DNA of 64,000 nt from an uncultured Dehalococcoidia bacterium (GTDB lineage: Bacteria; Chloroflexota; Dehalococcoidia; Lucifugimonadales; GCA-2712585). A model generated the notes under the pieces. The model made no database searches. It was not told where the DNA came from and worked only from the letters and a program-made list of their open reading frames with translations. The position numbers were made by a program, and so were the translations under genes. Shown piece by piece: positions 9,469 through 19,514 of the stretch. The DNA lies in the NCBI GenBank assembly GCA_964418665.1, contig CAYQLZ010000002.1, forward strand, positions 33,615-97,614, given 5' to 3'. Position 1 is the first letter of the stretch. The number at the start of each line of letters is the position of its first letter.

Positions 9469-9981
9469 TCAGGGCCGCCACATGCCGCGTTCGTGCTGCC
9501 TGGCCTCTTCCATGAGGGCGTCGAAGCAGCTGGTGAACCTTGTGTCGGGTTCGTACGTCTTGGCTTCGGCCAGTCCCTCCCGCACCAGTTCTGCGTTGAC
9601 CAGTATATCACCTGCGAACACGTACCGGAGCAGGCGCCCGTGACGGTCCCGGTCCGACCGGTCCTTGAGGAGGCGTACCCGTCGGCCTTCGACCAGTTGG
9701 CGGTTGTAATCTGCAGTTTCCCGGTAGAAGGGTTCGTCCAGTTCCGGGGTATCGATGCCAATGTAGCGCAACCTCCGGCCGTTGGCCAGTTCGATGGTGT
9801 CGCCGTCGATTACGCGCCGTACGAGGTCGCCGGTGATGGAGTTAGACGCAGATGCTCCGCCGCGGCTGGTGGCCAAGGAGATGTCTTCGCAGGTTTGCGG
9901 GGTGGGGACGTTGCCGCAGGACAACAGCAGAACAGCGAAGAAGGTGGCAGCCAGGGCGGTGAGTCCTTGACGATAGGGCAT
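9469..9981 (-). CDS. thermonuclease (staphylococcal nuclease homologue) lipoprotein
   Basis: Signal peptide with LLSCG lipobox. VIDGDTIEL...RLRYIGIDTPE...GRLLRYV SNase motifs. Confidence 0.8.
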   Translation of the reverse strand: MPYRQGLTALAATFFAVLLLSCGNVPTPQTCEDISLATSRGGASASNSITGDLVRRVIDGDTIELANGRRLRYIGIDTPELDEPFYRETADYNRQLVEGRRVRLLKDRSDRDRHGRLLRYVFAGDILVNAELVREGLAEAKTYEPDTRFTSCFDALMEEARQHERGMWRP

Positions 9982-10136
9982 GGGGGCACGCTGATGGTTG
10001 GGACGTGGCTGACGCAGGGCGTGTTAGCGGGGAATTGGGGGCGGGACTTGGAGGTTGGGTTGGACTATGTCCGGGAATAGGGGGAGTCTACTCTAATTTT
10101 GGTTCGGTGGGTACCGAGATGATGAGAGGCCAGGCG

Positions 10137-10310
10137 CTAGCCCAAGAGATTCGTTGCGAGGATTACAATGGAGATTCCGACACCTACGACGGCGATGGTC
10201 CATCGCATCGCTCGAACCTCGCCACGGACCTCAGCCACGTCCGCCTTCGTCGCCAGAGAATCCAACTTACCTTCAATGTAGCTGATACGTTGTTCAGGCG
10301 TCACCGCCAT
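10137..10310 (-). CDS. 57-aa tail-anchored coiled-coil mini-protein (DUF1640-like C-terminal half); not in the ORF track
   Basis: ATG 10308-10310 with a G-rich SD 7 nt upstream. Translation MAVTPEQRISYIEGKLDSLATKADVAEVRGEVRAMRWTIAVVGVGISIVILATNLLG. Resembles the 36697-36960 protein. Confidence 0.4.
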   Translation of the reverse strand: MAVTPEQRISYIEGKLDSLATKADVAEVRGEVRAMRWTIAVVGVGISIVILATNLLG

Positions 10311-10390
10311 GGGTTAACCCCCTGCGGATTCGGATAAGACCAGTATATAGATTGTGGAGCGAAAGCACAAGTGTTGTAAGCAGACCGCCG

Positions 10391-11356
10391 CTACCTCAAC
10401 ATAGGCAGCACCTTGTCGACGAAGGTCTGAAACTGTTCCAGCGGGCTGAAGGAGGCGAACCGGACGATAACCGTCGTAGCGCCCGCCGCCTTGTAGGCGA
10501 GAATGGACTTCTCCAACTCTTCCGGAGGTCCCCAGGGCCCCCAGAGGTCTCGCCAGAAGTTCAGGCTGTAATAGAGACGGATCCACCGGTCGGCCTCGCT
10601 TTCGGCCTCGGCGGGGTCCTCGTTCAGGTTGACCGTCATGTAGAAGACACGCTGCATCCGGGACGGGTCGCGGCCATACTCTTCCGTGTATTTCGTAACC
10701 CGCTGTCCGACCTCGGCGAACTCCGACGGCGGCTCCGAGATGGAGATGAAGCCGTCGCCCAGCCGCGCGGCCCGCCGGAACTGTGCGTCTCTTTTGGCTC
10801 GGAGGTGACAGGCGAACAGGACGGGGACTCCGCCTTCCTGAACGGACACGGGCCGCATCTGCAGGTCTTCCAGCTGGAAGTGGCGGCCCTGGTGGGACCC
10901 CAAATGTCCTGTGCCAAGGGCTTTGACAACCTGCATCACCTCCTCCATGCGCCGGCCACGCCTGCGTGGGTCTACGCCGGCGATGTGCCATTCCCGCTGC
11001 TGGGCCTCGTTGAAGGCGCCACCCGCTCCGACGGCCAGCACGGTGCGTCCGCCGGAGATCAGGTCGAGGGTGCCAACCATCTGGGCCAGCAGCACGGGAT
11101 GTCGAAGCGCGGGCAGCAGCACGGCGGTCCCCAACCGGACTCGTTGGGTTTGGGTGGCGATCGCGGCCAGGGTGGTGAGGGGTTCCAATCGCGGCTTGGC
11201 AGTAAGGCTGTCTCCGACCCACACCGAGTCGAGGCCCGCGGCTTCCGCCCGCTGTGCCATCTCCAAGACCAGGTTGGCGTTCTCCGGCTGCTCGTCGCGC
11301 ATCACCAGCCCGCGGGTCGGCAGCAGCACGCCCAGTTTCAGCGGTGATTCCGTCAT
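10391..11356 (-). CDS. LLM-class (luciferase-like) F420-dependent oxidoreductase
   Basis: 321 aa. N-terminus is typical of the family: LGVLLPTRG...AQRAEAAGLDSVWVGDSL...RLGTAVLLPALRHP. Adjacent to cof genes. Confidence 0.8.
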   Translation of the reverse strand: MTESPLKLGVLLPTRGLVMRDEQPENANLVLEMAQRAEAAGLDSVWVGDSLTAKPRLEPLTTLAAIATQTQRVRLGTAVLLPALRHPVLLAQMVGTLDLISGGRTVLAVGAGGAFNEAQQREWHIAGVDPRRRGRRMEEVMQVVKALGTGHLGSHQGRHFQLEDLQMRPVSVQEGGVPVLFACHLRAKRDAQFRRAARLGDGFISISEPPSEFAEVGQRVTKYTEEYGRDPSRMQRVFYMTVNLNEDPAEAESEADRWIRLYYSLNFWRDLWGPWGPPEELEKSILAYKAAGATTVIVRFASFSPLEQFQTFVDKVLPMLR

Positions 11357-11401
11357 GTTGAGGCTCCGTGTTTCGTTTTGTGGTTGTGCATTGGGTCAAT
11401 T

Positions 11402-12052
11402 CTACTCTTGGATGAGTCGGGTGAGAAAGCCAGGATGCTGCGTCTCATATTCCTGTAAGTCTTCGTTTGTGTCCAGGTCCCTGGCGAGGCCGGGACTTTC
11501 GTAGATTGACGGCTGCAGGCCAAGACGGTTCGCCTCCGCCAGGTGGCGAGCAAAGCTCCTCTGCCCAAGCTGCAATCGAAAATCTAGCCGGCGCGGGATG
11601 AAGACGGCGTTGGTGCCGCCGCCCTTTCGCGCGGGGGAGAGAATGACCATCGTGTGAGGGGTTGATTCAGGGGCGGGCCCTGTTGAGGGATTTGAGGTTG
11701 CGATTGAAATAAGGCCCCGCAGGTCTTCGCTCGTGATGAAGGGAAGGTCGCCGGGCAGGAACAGGGGGGCCTTGCCTGCGTCCCAAGCCTGCTCGAAGAC
11801 CAGGCGCAGGCTTTCGTTGATGTTTGGGCCTGCCTCCCGACGCCACTGGGCGCCCTCCTGGCTGGAGATGCCCCGAGTTGATTCGTCGGCGCCCAGCACC
11901 CACACCTCCGCGCAAGCGCTGCGGGCCGTCCGAATGACTCGACGCAGCATGGACGTCACCAGCTGACGACGCCGGTAGCTGTCCAGGTAGGGGGCGAGGC
12001 GCGATTTAGCCTGTGCCAGGGGCTTCATGGGTATGACCGCCACCACCTCCAC
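11402..12052 (-). CDS. cofC: 2-phospho-L-lactate (or PEP) guanylyltransferase
   Basis: 216 aa. VIPMKPLAQAKSRL...PGDLPFI CofC/FbiD pattern. Lies in the cof cluster. Confidence 0.8.
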   Translation of the reverse strand: MEVVAVIPMKPLAQAKSRLAPYLDSYRRRQLVTSMLRRVIRTARSACAEVWVLGADESTRGISSQEGAQWRREAGPNINESLRLVFEQAWDAGKAPLFLPGDLPFITSEDLRGLISIATSNPSTGPAPESTPHTMVILSPARKGGGTNAVFIPRRLDFRLQLGQRSFARHLAEANRLGLQPSIYESPGLARDLDTNEDLQEYETQHPGFLTRLIQE

Positions 12053-12060
12053 CGGCGCGT

Positions 12061-13014
12061 CTACCCGTCGTTCGTGCCGATGATGCGCAGGATGTACCGG
12101 GCCAGAGTTTTCTTATCCCTAGTGGTGTTCATGACGGTGTTGGTGACGTGAGCAGTCATGCCGAGAGAGTTTATTTTGGCGGCCTCATCGACGTCGGCGT
12201 TGTCGAGGATGAAGTGGTCGCAGAGCCCAGCGTATTTCCGGGCCACGCCTGCGCTGGAGACGGGATGGCCAAGTTCGCGCATCATTTTGGCGGCGGGACC
12301 GCGAATGGCCGCACCGCCGACGATGGGGCTGACCACCGCGCGAGGGCCGACGAAGCGACAAATGCGCTCTCGAACGTCCCCGACGGCCAGGATGGGGTCT
12401 ATGCTCAGTAAGGGGTTCGAGGGACAGAAGACGATAGCGCGGGCGTTGTTCAGGGCATCGTCGAAGGTGGGAGAAGGTTGGGCATCGTCAGCGCCTTCGA
12501 AGCGGACCGACTTCGCTTCAGGTTCGCACCGAAGGCGGACGAAATAGTCCTGGAAGGCCAGAACGCCCTCTGAGGTCTCTATCTTCGTCCGAACGGGGCC
12601 GTCGGCCATAGGCGCTACCGTGTGTGCTATGTCGACGCGCCGGCAGAGTTCTTGCGTCACGGCGGATAGCGACCGTCCTTCCCGGAGTAGCTGAGTGCGG
12701 CGGATATGGGTGGCGAGGTCACGGTCGCCGAGGTTGAACCAGGTGGGGACGCCGTAGCCGGAGAGCATCTCCAGGGCTTGAAATGTCTCGCCGGAGAGTC
12801 CCCAGCCGCGCTCGGAGTCGGCGAGGCCGCTCAGGGTGTACATCACGGTGTCGAGGTCCGGGGAAACGTGGAGGCCGTGGAACTCCTCGTCGTCGCCGGT
12901 GTTCACGACGATAACGAGGTCTTCCGTGGGCAGCACGCGGGCCAAACCGAGGGCCAGCTTTGCGCCACCCACGCCTCCCGCCAAGGCCAGCACGGGCCCC
13001 GGTTGCGTTCCCAT
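12061..13014 (-). CDS. cofD: 2-phospho-L-lactate transferase
   Basis: 317 aa. LAGGVGGAKL, VNTGDD, DTVMYTL motifs. Confidence 0.9.
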   Translation of the reverse strand: MGTQPGPVLALAGGVGGAKLALGLARVLPTEDLVIVVNTGDDEEFHGLHVSPDLDTVMYTLSGLADSERGWGLSGETFQALEMLSGYGVPTWFNLGDRDLATHIRRTQLLREGRSLSAVTQELCRRVDIAHTVAPMADGPVRTKIETSEGVLAFQDYFVRLRCEPEAKSVRFEGADDAQPSPTFDDALNNARAIVFCPSNPLLSIDPILAVGDVRERICRFVGPRAVVSPIVGGAAIRGPAAKMMRELGHPVSSAGVARKYAGLCDHFILDNADVDEAAKINSLGMTAHVTNTVMNTTRDKKTLARYILRIIGTNDG

Positions 13015-13020
13015 GAGACG

Positions 13021-14340
13021 CTAAAGCGGGGTGGGGGACGTGGCTTTGTCCCGGCGTTTGGGATGGATGAAGCGGAAGCCCTCCATCTGGACCATGCGCT
13101 GGTAGGAACCGAACCGCTCTTCCAGGTTACCCTCCAGCAGATCCAGGGGGTCTTGAGGGTCGTCGTCATCGTCGAAGATGCGCTTGATCTTGTAGGTGGT
13201 GTAGCGCTCGGCGGGTATGCGGCCGACATCGCGGATTGTCCGCCGAAACTCGGAGGGTCGCACCAGCTGTCCGTGCTGGGCGCCGGCCGCGGTGGAGATG
13301 CTCTCGTTGATGAGGCTGCCGCCGAGGTCGTTGACGCCGGCCAGCAGGAGAAGCTGGGACAGCCGCAGCCCCTCCTTGACCCAGGACGCCTGGATGTTTG
13401 GGATCCAGTTGTTGAGCATGATGCGGGCGATGGCGTGGACCTTCAGCACTTCGGAGCCTGTCGCCCCACTGCGGAGGCCGTCCACAGTCTGCTGAAAGTG
13501 CATAGGCGCTTCCGCGTGAACGAAGCTGAGGGGCACGAACTCGGTGATGCCTCCGCTCTGCTTCTGTACGTCCCGGATCAGGTCTATGTGGCGGGCCTTC
13601 TGCTCGTTGGTCTCCACGTGGCCGAACATGATGGTGGAGGTGGTGGGGATGCCGAGGGAATGGGCGGTGGTGATGACCTCGATCCAGCTCTCCGTGGTGA
13701 TCCTGCCGGGGGCAATGCGGTCGCGAAGACCCTGGTCCAGTATCTCGGCGGACGTCCCAGGAAGGCTGCCCACCCCGGCGTCCTTCAGGGACTGAAGGTA
13801 CTCCCGGATACTGCACCGGGAGCGGATGGAACCGTAGAGGACTTCCTCGGGAGAGAAGCCGTGAATGTGGATGTCCGGCAGTTCTTCCTTTATGGCCTCG
13901 CAGATGCGGATATACAGGTCGCCCTCCATCTGGGGAGGGAGGCCCGCCTGGATGCAGACCTCCGTAGCGCCCAGGTCCCACGCCTCTTTCGCCCGCCTGA
14001 TCACCTCGGCAATGGGGAGGAAGTAGCCCTCCTCCTGGCGGTGGTCGCGGCTGAAGGCGCAGAAGCCGCAGCGCTTGATGCAGACGTTTGTGAAGTTTAT
14101 GTTGCGGTTGACGACGTAGGTGACCAGGTCGCCGACGGTACGACGTCGGAGTTCGTCCGCCACCATCTGGATGGCGTTCAACTCGAGCCCTGAAGCCTCG
14201 AAGAGAGTCACCGCCTGCTCGACGGTTATGTCCCTACCCTCCAGGGCGTCGGTAAGGGCGCGGGCTACGTTGGGTTCGACGGCGCGGACAAGGGCTTCCA
14301 GCGAACGTGGGGATGGAGTCTCAGCCTGGCGGATTGACAT
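13021..14340 (-). CDS. cofH: FO synthase subunit 2 (radical SAM)
   Basis: Radical-SAM CIKRCGFCAF. The start is set at ATG 14338-14340 (MSIRQ...). The alternative at 14418 would overlap cofG by 98 nt. Confidence 0.85.
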   Translation of the reverse strand: MSIRQAETPSPRSLEALVRAVEPNVARALTDALEGRDITVEQAVTLFEASGLELNAIQMVADELRRRTVGDLVTYVVNRNINFTNVCIKRCGFCAFSRDHRQEEGYFLPIAEVIRRAKEAWDLGATEVCIQAGLPPQMEGDLYIRICEAIKEELPDIHIHGFSPEEVLYGSIRSRCSIREYLQSLKDAGVGSLPGTSAEILDQGLRDRIAPGRITTESWIEVITTAHSLGIPTTSTIMFGHVETNEQKARHIDLIRDVQKQSGGITEFVPLSFVHAEAPMHFQQTVDGLRSGATGSEVLKVHAIARIMLNNWIPNIQASWVKEGLRLSQLLLLAGVNDLGGSLINESISTAAGAQHGQLVRPSEFRRTIRDVGRIPAERYTTYKIKRIFDDDDDPQDPLDLLEGNLEERFGSYQRMVQMEGFRFIHPKRRDKATSPTPL

Positions 14341-15613
14341 ATCTTTCGACACCCCCCTTAACGTATCCGTCGGCGTCTGCCATATCCAGAAGGCGCTCCC
14401 GCACGGCCGGGTCGGCAAAGTCGTCCCGCTCCATGAAGAACTCCGGGTAGATGGGCAGACGTGGCTTCAGTTGGAAGCCCATGGTCTCGGTGCGCCGGCG
14501 CAGCTGAGAAATCTGCGGCCAGGGCGCTTCCGGGTTAACATAGTCGATGGTGAGGGGCGAAACCCCGCCCCAGTCGTTGATGCCCGCGTTGAGGAACAGC
14601 GGGTAGTCGGAATGGTTCAGGTTTGGCGGCACCTGCAGGTTGACGGAGGGGCCCAGGATGAGGCGGGACGCCGCCACCGTCCAGAGCAGGTCCTCCGTGG
14701 CGGCGTCGGGGTGGTTACCCATGGCCGTGTCCACCTTGGCGCGGAAATTCTGCACTATCACTTCCTGCACGTGACCGTATCGCCGATGGGAGTCTCTTAT
14801 GGCCAGCAGCGTTTCGATGCGCTCCTTGCGGGTCTCGCCGATGCCGATGAGGATGCCGGTGGTGAAGGGGACCTTCAGCTGGCCCGCCAGGTCCAGGGTC
14901 TTCAGACGTACGGAGGGACGCTTGCTGGGGGCCAGGTGGTGGGGGCCGCCTTCGAGGCAGAGCCTCTCGCTGAGGATCTCCAGCATTACCCCCATCGAGG
15001 CATTCACGGGCCGCAGGGCCGCCAACTCGCGGCGGCTCATGATGCCCGGGTTGGCGTGGGGCAGCATGGACGTGTGGGCCAGGGTTTCGGCGGAAACGTG
15101 GGTCAGGTAGGAAAGCGTCGACTGGAATCCGGCGGCTTTCAGCCACTCCCGGGCCTCCGGGTAGCGCTGCTCCGGGTGCTCGCCCAGGGTGAAGAGAGCC
15201 TCGGTGCAGCCCAACTTCTGCCCGGCTCGCGCCACTGCGAGCGCCTCCTCCGTAGTCATGTACATCGTTGCCGCCTCTGATGGCGATTGGCGGAAGGTGC
15301 AGTAGCCGCAGAAGTCCCGACAGAGGCGGGTCAGGGGGATGAACACCTTGGGCGAGAAGGTGACCGTTCGTCCTTTGCCTCTATCTCGAGTAATCGAGGC
15401 GGCCCGGCACAGTCCCTGCAGGTCCCGATGGGAGCCGTGGACGAGCGATGCGGCCTCGTCTGCAGAAAGCTCCCACTGTTGCTCCACGGCGCGATGGAGG
15501 AGAGGTTTAAGCCACTCGCTCACGCCGTCCAGGTAGTCGTCGTTAGTCTCCAGGACCGTCGGACGTTGAAGGACTTGCGTTGCCGAAGGGGAGGGAATCT
15601 GCGTTTGAACCAT
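14321..15613 (-). CDS. cofG: FO synthase subunit 1 (radical SAM)
   Basis: 430 aa. CRDFCGYCTF cluster motif. CofG-like throughout. Overlaps cofH by 20 nt. Confidence 0.85.
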   Translation of the reverse strand: MVQTQIPSPSATQVLQRPTVLETNDDYLDGVSEWLKPLLHRAVEQQWELSADEAASLVHGSHRDLQGLCRAASITRDRGKGRTVTFSPKVFIPLTRLCRDFCGYCTFRQSPSEAATMYMTTEEALAVARAGQKLGCTEALFTLGEHPEQRYPEAREWLKAAGFQSTLSYLTHVSAETLAHTSMLPHANPGIMSRRELAALRPVNASMGVMLEILSERLCLEGGPHHLAPSKRPSVRLKTLDLAGQLKVPFTTGILIGIGETRKERIETLLAIRDSHRRYGHVQEVIVQNFRAKVDTAMGNHPDAATEDLLWTVAASRLILGPSVNLQVPPNLNHSDYPLFLNAGINDWGGVSPLTIDYVNPEAPWPQISQLRRRTETMGFQLKPRLPIYPEFFMERDDFADPAVRERLLDMADADGYVKGGVERYVNPPG

Positions 15614-15694
15614 GGGGCTATTGTAGACCCTGGCCGGAATAGAGGCAACGAAGGGGGGAGCCGTTAGGGCGGAAGTACCTGGAGGGTCTGGGGG

Positions 15695-16102
15695 TCAGGC
15701 TGCCGGTTCCAGCAGTGCTTCAACCTTGTCTACAGACCGCTCCACCTGAAGTAGGAGGGCACTAATGTAATGCGATGGGTATTCCAGATCGTAGAAGTTG
15801 ACGTGAAGGTTTGAGGCAGCGCTGAACAGGCCGGAAAGCTCGTCATCACCGGTTTCCCGCACCATCTCCCAAACGGCCTGGTTGATGTCTCTATGCTTAG
15901 AGTTGCTCCAGCCTCGTTCCAAGGCGATCTCCTTCAACACCTGCGCCGCGGCGCCCCACCCTTTTTCCGAGGCTTGGGGCAGGTCACCCCTTGCCAATTC
16001 CTCATACGCTTGAGCCAGGAATAACCGGCTCTGTTCCCTGTGTGTAGCTATCTTTTCCCAGAAGAGGAGGCTGGTGGTATGGTCAGGCTTGAGCCCCTCC
16101 AT
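15695..16102 (-). CDS. PaREP1-family (HEPN-related) protein
   Basis: 135 aa. SRLFLAQAYEELARGDLPQASEKGWGAAAQVLK...KHRD...NLHVNFYDLEY. Paralogue of the adjacent gene. Confidence 0.5.
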   Translation of the reverse strand: MEGLKPDHTTSLLFWEKIATHREQSRLFLAQAYEELARGDLPQASEKGWGAAAQVLKEIALERGWSNSKHRDINQAVWEMVRETGDDELSGLFSAASNLHVNFYDLEYPSHYISALLLQVERSVDKVEALLEPAA

Positions 16103-16454
16103 TCAACAGTTGTTCGATCTTCCCCACTAGCCTATCGACCTGCCGGAGATAATCTTCTACAGTGTCGAACCCAAGTTGGATTTCATAGAAGTTTCCGTGA
16201 AGCGATTCTGCGGCGCTGAAATCAGCTGAGATTTCAGGGTCGTCAGTTTCGCGGCGCAAGTTTCTCATGACTGTATATACGTCACGATGATTCTTGTGAC
16301 TCCAACCCCGTTCCTCCGCGATAGCCTTAAGCATTTGTGTTGCGGCTCCCCATCCTTTTTCCGAGGCTTGAGGAACATCACCTTCAGCAAGTTCCTCAAA
16401 TGCCTGGGCCAGATAGATTCGGCTCTGTTCCCTGTGTCTTGTTGTTTGCAGCAA
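16083..16454 (-). CDS. PaREP1-family (HEPN-related) protein
   Basis: 123 aa. SRIYLAQAFEELAEGDVPQASEKGWGAATQMLK...NHRD...SLHGNFYEIQ. Confidence 0.55.
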   Translation of the reverse strand: MLQTTRHREQSRIYLAQAFEELAEGDVPQASEKGWGAATQMLKAIAEERGWSHKNHRDVYTVMRNLRRETDDPEISADFSAAESLHGNFYEIQLGFDTVEDYLRQVDRLVGKIEQLLNGGAQA

Positions 16455-16581
16455 TTTCGATTTCCCTTAAAGGCTTTCAGCGTATTAGCTTCTCATTTAT
16501 GGCTATTGTTTGTTGCTTGAGATTTGTCCACACAGTCTACCATCTTTTGTTCGCTTGGGACAAAGACTGCGCCGGGTTTCG

Positions 16582-16611
16582 TTGACGCCCCGCGCTTCGC
16601 CTGACTATTAT
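16582..16611 (+). promoter_or_regulatory. sigma70-like promoter of ruvB (TTGACG-18-TATTAT)
   Basis: -35 at 16582-16587 and -10 at 16606-16611. ATG 16620 lies 8 nt after the -10, and no SD is present. Confidence 0.45.
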
Positions 16612-16619
16612 GGTTGGGT

Positions 16620-17678
16620 ATGCAGAAACAGCCCCCCGACCGCAGCGCACCGAACCCCCGGCTGGTCTCCGGCAAGCCGCGGCAGGAAGACGCCGGGCTG
16701 GACACTTCCCTCCGGCCTCGCCTGCTTAACGAGTTTGTCGGCCAGGAACGGGTGAAGGACAACCTGCTCATCGCCATTCGCGCCGCGCTCATGCGGGAGG
16801 AGCCGCTGGACCACGTGCTGCTCTATGGACCGCCGGGGCTGGGGAAGACCACCCTGGGCCACATCATCGCCCAGGAGATGAACGTGAATATCCGCGTCAC
16901 CTCCGGTCCGGCCATCGAGCGGCCCGGAGACATGGCGGCCATCCTCACCAGCCTGGGGAAGGGCGACGTGCTGTTCATCGACGAGATCCATCGCCTGAGC
17001 CGGGTGGTGGAGGAGGTGCTCTATCCAGCCATGGAGGACTTTTTCCTGTCCTGGATGATGGGCAAGGGGCTGGCGGCGAGGGCAATGAACCTGCGGGTGA
17101 ACCCCTTCACCCTCATAGGCGCGACCACCCGATACGCGATGATAAGCCCGCCTCTAAGGGACAGGTTCGGATCCATTTACCGGCTGGACTTCTACGACAA
17201 CAAGGCGATGGGGCAGATAGTCAAACGCTCGGCGGACATCCTTGAGGTGTCGGTGGACGGCAAGGGGGTGGGGGAGATTGCCAGCCGCGCCCGTGGCACG
17301 CCGCGGGTGGCCAACCGGCTGCTGAAGCGCACCCGGGACTACGCCCAGGTCATGGCCGACGGGAGGATCACCGGCAAGGTGTGCCTGCAGGCGCTGGACA
17401 AATTGGAAATCGACAGCCTGGGGTTGGACGACGTGGACCACCGGCTGCTGCGCGGGCTGGTGGAGAAATTCTCCGGCGGGCCGGTGGGTCTGCACACGCT
17501 GGCGGCTTCCATAAGCGAAGAGGCGGACACCATCATGGACATCTACGAGCCCTACCTGATGCAGTTGGGGTTTCTGGAGCGTACACCCCGGGGCCGGACG
17601 GCCACCCCTCGCGCCTACGCGCACCTGGGCGTGGAATATGCGCCGGGAGGAATCGACGCCCAGCGGCGGATGCTCTAG
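16620..17678 (+). CDS. ruvB: Holliday junction branch migration helicase RuvB
   Basis: [34 protein letters not shown]. An alternative TTG start is at 16614. Confidence 0.9.
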   Translation: MQKQPPDRSAPNPRLVSGKPRQEDAGLDTSLRPRLLNEFVGQERVKDNLLIAIRAALMREEPLDHVLLYGPPGLGKTTLGHIIAQEMNVNIRVTSGPAIERPGDMAAILTSLGKGDVLFIDEIHRLSRVVEEVLYPAMEDFFLSWMMGKGLAARAMNLRVNPFTLIGATTRYAMISPPLRDRFGSIYRLDFYDNKAMGQIVKRSADILEVSVDGKGVGEIASRARGTPRVANRLLKRTRDYAQVMADGRITGKVCLQALDKLEIDSLGLDDVDHRLLRGLVEKFSGGPVGLHTLAASISEEADTIMDIYEPYLMQLGFLERTPRGRTATPRAYAHLGVEYAPGGIDAQRRML

Positions 17679-19486
17679 ACCGCCGTTTCACTCACCCCGT
17701 TGTCGCCGAAGTTCATGCGGTACAGCTTGGAGTAGACCCCACCCCGCTTCAGCAGTTCCAGGTGGTTCCCCTCCTCCACAATCTCCCCCTCGTGCATGAC
17801 AATCACCCGGTCGGCGTTGCGCACCGTCGAGAGGCGGTGGGCTATCACAAGGGCGGTCCTGCCCTCCAACACCTGTCCCAGGGCTTCCTGGATCAGCGTC
17901 TCCGTCTGGCTGTCGACGGAAGCGGTTGCTTCGTCGAGGATGATGATGCGGGGGTTGAAGACCAGCGCTCTTGCGAGGGCGATGAGCTGGCGCTGACCGG
18001 CGCTCAGGTTCATGCCCCGCTCTTCCACGGGGGAGTCGTAGCCGTGTTCCGTCTTCATGATGAACTCGTGGGCGCCGACGGTCCTGGCAGCCCGCTCAAT
18101 CTGCTTGTCGGTGACGCGGGGATGGTTGAAGCGGATGTTGTCCCTGATACTCCCGGAAAACAGGAACGGCTCCTGCACCACCGTGCCGATCTGGTCCACA
18201 AGTGAGGAACGTTGAACGTCCCGGACGTCGTATCCGTCCACCCGGATGCTGCCGCCGGTAACGTCGTAGAGGCGGAGGATCAGGGACGATAGCGTGGTCT
18301 TTCCAGCTCCGGTGGCTCCCACGACGGCGATGGTGTCCCCGGGGTTCATGGTCAGGTTTATCCCCTTTATCACCTCCACGTCGGGCGTGTAGCTGAAGCG
18401 GACGTTGTCGAATTCCACCTTGCCCTGAATCTGGGGCATGCGAGTGGCGTTTGGCTTGTCCACAATTTCCGGTTCTTCGTCGATGAGCTCGAAGATGTGG
18501 GATGCGGAGGTCATGGCCCGCTGCATCTGGGTGTACTGCATGGTCAGGTTGCGGACGGGTTCGAAGAAGCGCTGCACGTAGAGGGCGAAGGCGACCACCA
18601 CACCCACAGCCAGGGCGCCGTTGAGGGTCATGAGGCCGCCGAATATGACGATGAGGGCCATGGCGGTGCCACTGAGTATCTCCACGGTGGGCATAAGGGA
18701 AGCGGCGAACCTCTGGGAACTCAGCTGGGCCTCCCGGTGGTCGCGGTTGAGACGCTTGAAATGCTGGTAGTTCTTCTCCTCCCGGTTCATGCTCTGGATG
18801 ACTCGCATCCCGGAGATGTTCTCCTGCAGGTTGCCGTTCACAATTGCCAGGGCGGTGCGAACCCGCATGAAGCGGGGCCAGGAGAGGTTTTGCCAGATTA
18901 GCATGATGATCAGCAGAGGCGGGACCACAGTCAGGGTAATGAGCGCCAGTTGCCAGTCGATGAAGCACATGGTAATGACGATGGCGCCCAGGGTCAGAAT
19001 GTCTCCGATGGTCATGGAGAACTGGGTCAGAAATTCCTGAATCTGGAAGACGTCGTTCTGAAGCCGGGACATAATCCGCCCCATCTGCGACTTGTCGTAG
19101 TAGGACATTGAGAGGGACTGCAGATGGTTGAACATGTCGTCCCGCACGTCCAGGAGCAGGTTCTGAGACACGCGGGCCATGGCGACCTGGTGAATATAGT
19201 GGGTGAGATACTGGATGCCGGCGTTGACGAAGAACAGGACCACCAGCCAAGTCAGCCGTGTCATGCTCTGGTCCGGGGGCACGATTGCTTCGATTGCCAG
19301 CAGGACGATAATTGGCATTGCGACCATGGTCACCGTGTAGATAACCATGGTAATCATGCCCAGCGCCACCAGGCCCCGGTAGGGGGTGGTGTAGTGCATG
19401 AGTCGCAGCAGTATTTTGAAGTCCTTAAGCCCGCCTCGACGGTGGTCGAAGGCGTCTACGCTGGTGGCGCCCTTCCAACCAACCAT
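17675..19486 (-). CDS. ABC exporter, fused permease/ATPase subunit
   Basis: 603 aa. Six-helix TMD, Walker [10 protein letters not shown], signature LSAGQRQ, Walker B IILDEATA. Confidence 0.9.
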   Translation of the reverse strand: MVGWKGATSVDAFDHRRGGLKDFKILLRLMHYTTPYRGLVALGMITMVIYTVTMVAMPIIVLLAIEAIVPPDQSMTRLTWLVVLFFVNAGIQYLTHYIHQVAMARVSQNLLLDVRDDMFNHLQSLSMSYYDKSQMGRIMSRLQNDVFQIQEFLTQFSMTIGDILTLGAIVITMCFIDWQLALITLTVVPPLLIIMLIWQNLSWPRFMRVRTALAIVNGNLQENISGMRVIQSMNREEKNYQHFKRLNRDHREAQLSSQRFAASLMPTVEILSGTAMALIVIFGGLMTLNGALAVGVVVAFALYVQRFFEPVRNLTMQYTQMQRAMTSASHIFELIDEEPEIVDKPNATRMPQIQGKVEFDNVRFSYTPDVEVIKGINLTMNPGDTIAVVGATGAGKTTLSSLILRLYDVTGGSIRVDGYDVRDVQRSSLVDQIGTVVQEPFLFSGSIRDNIRFNHPRVTDKQIERAARTVGAHEFIMKTEHGYDSPVEERGMNLSAGQRQLIALARALVFNPRIIILDEATASVDSQTETLIQEALGQVLEGRTALVIAHRLSTVRNADRVIVMHEGEIVEEGNHLELLKRGGVYSKLYRMNFGDNGVSETAV

Positions 19487-19514
19487 CTAGTTCTCCCGCC
19501 TTTTCGTAATTGAT

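Noticed and set aside
12706-14193. A 495-aa ORF on the plus strand, and similar very long ORFs: 52951-54870 (639 aa), 58679-60007 (442 aa), 35353-36516, 40910-41914, 42765-43817, 46149-47285, 10314-11399, 55586-56653 and 52-1071.
   Set aside because: All lie antisense to, or out of frame with, genes that carry unmistakable conserved motifs (cofD/cofH, acs, hisF, RNase J and others). Their translations are Arg/Gly/Pro/Ala/His-rich low-complexity strings typical of shadow ORFs in high-GC DNA.
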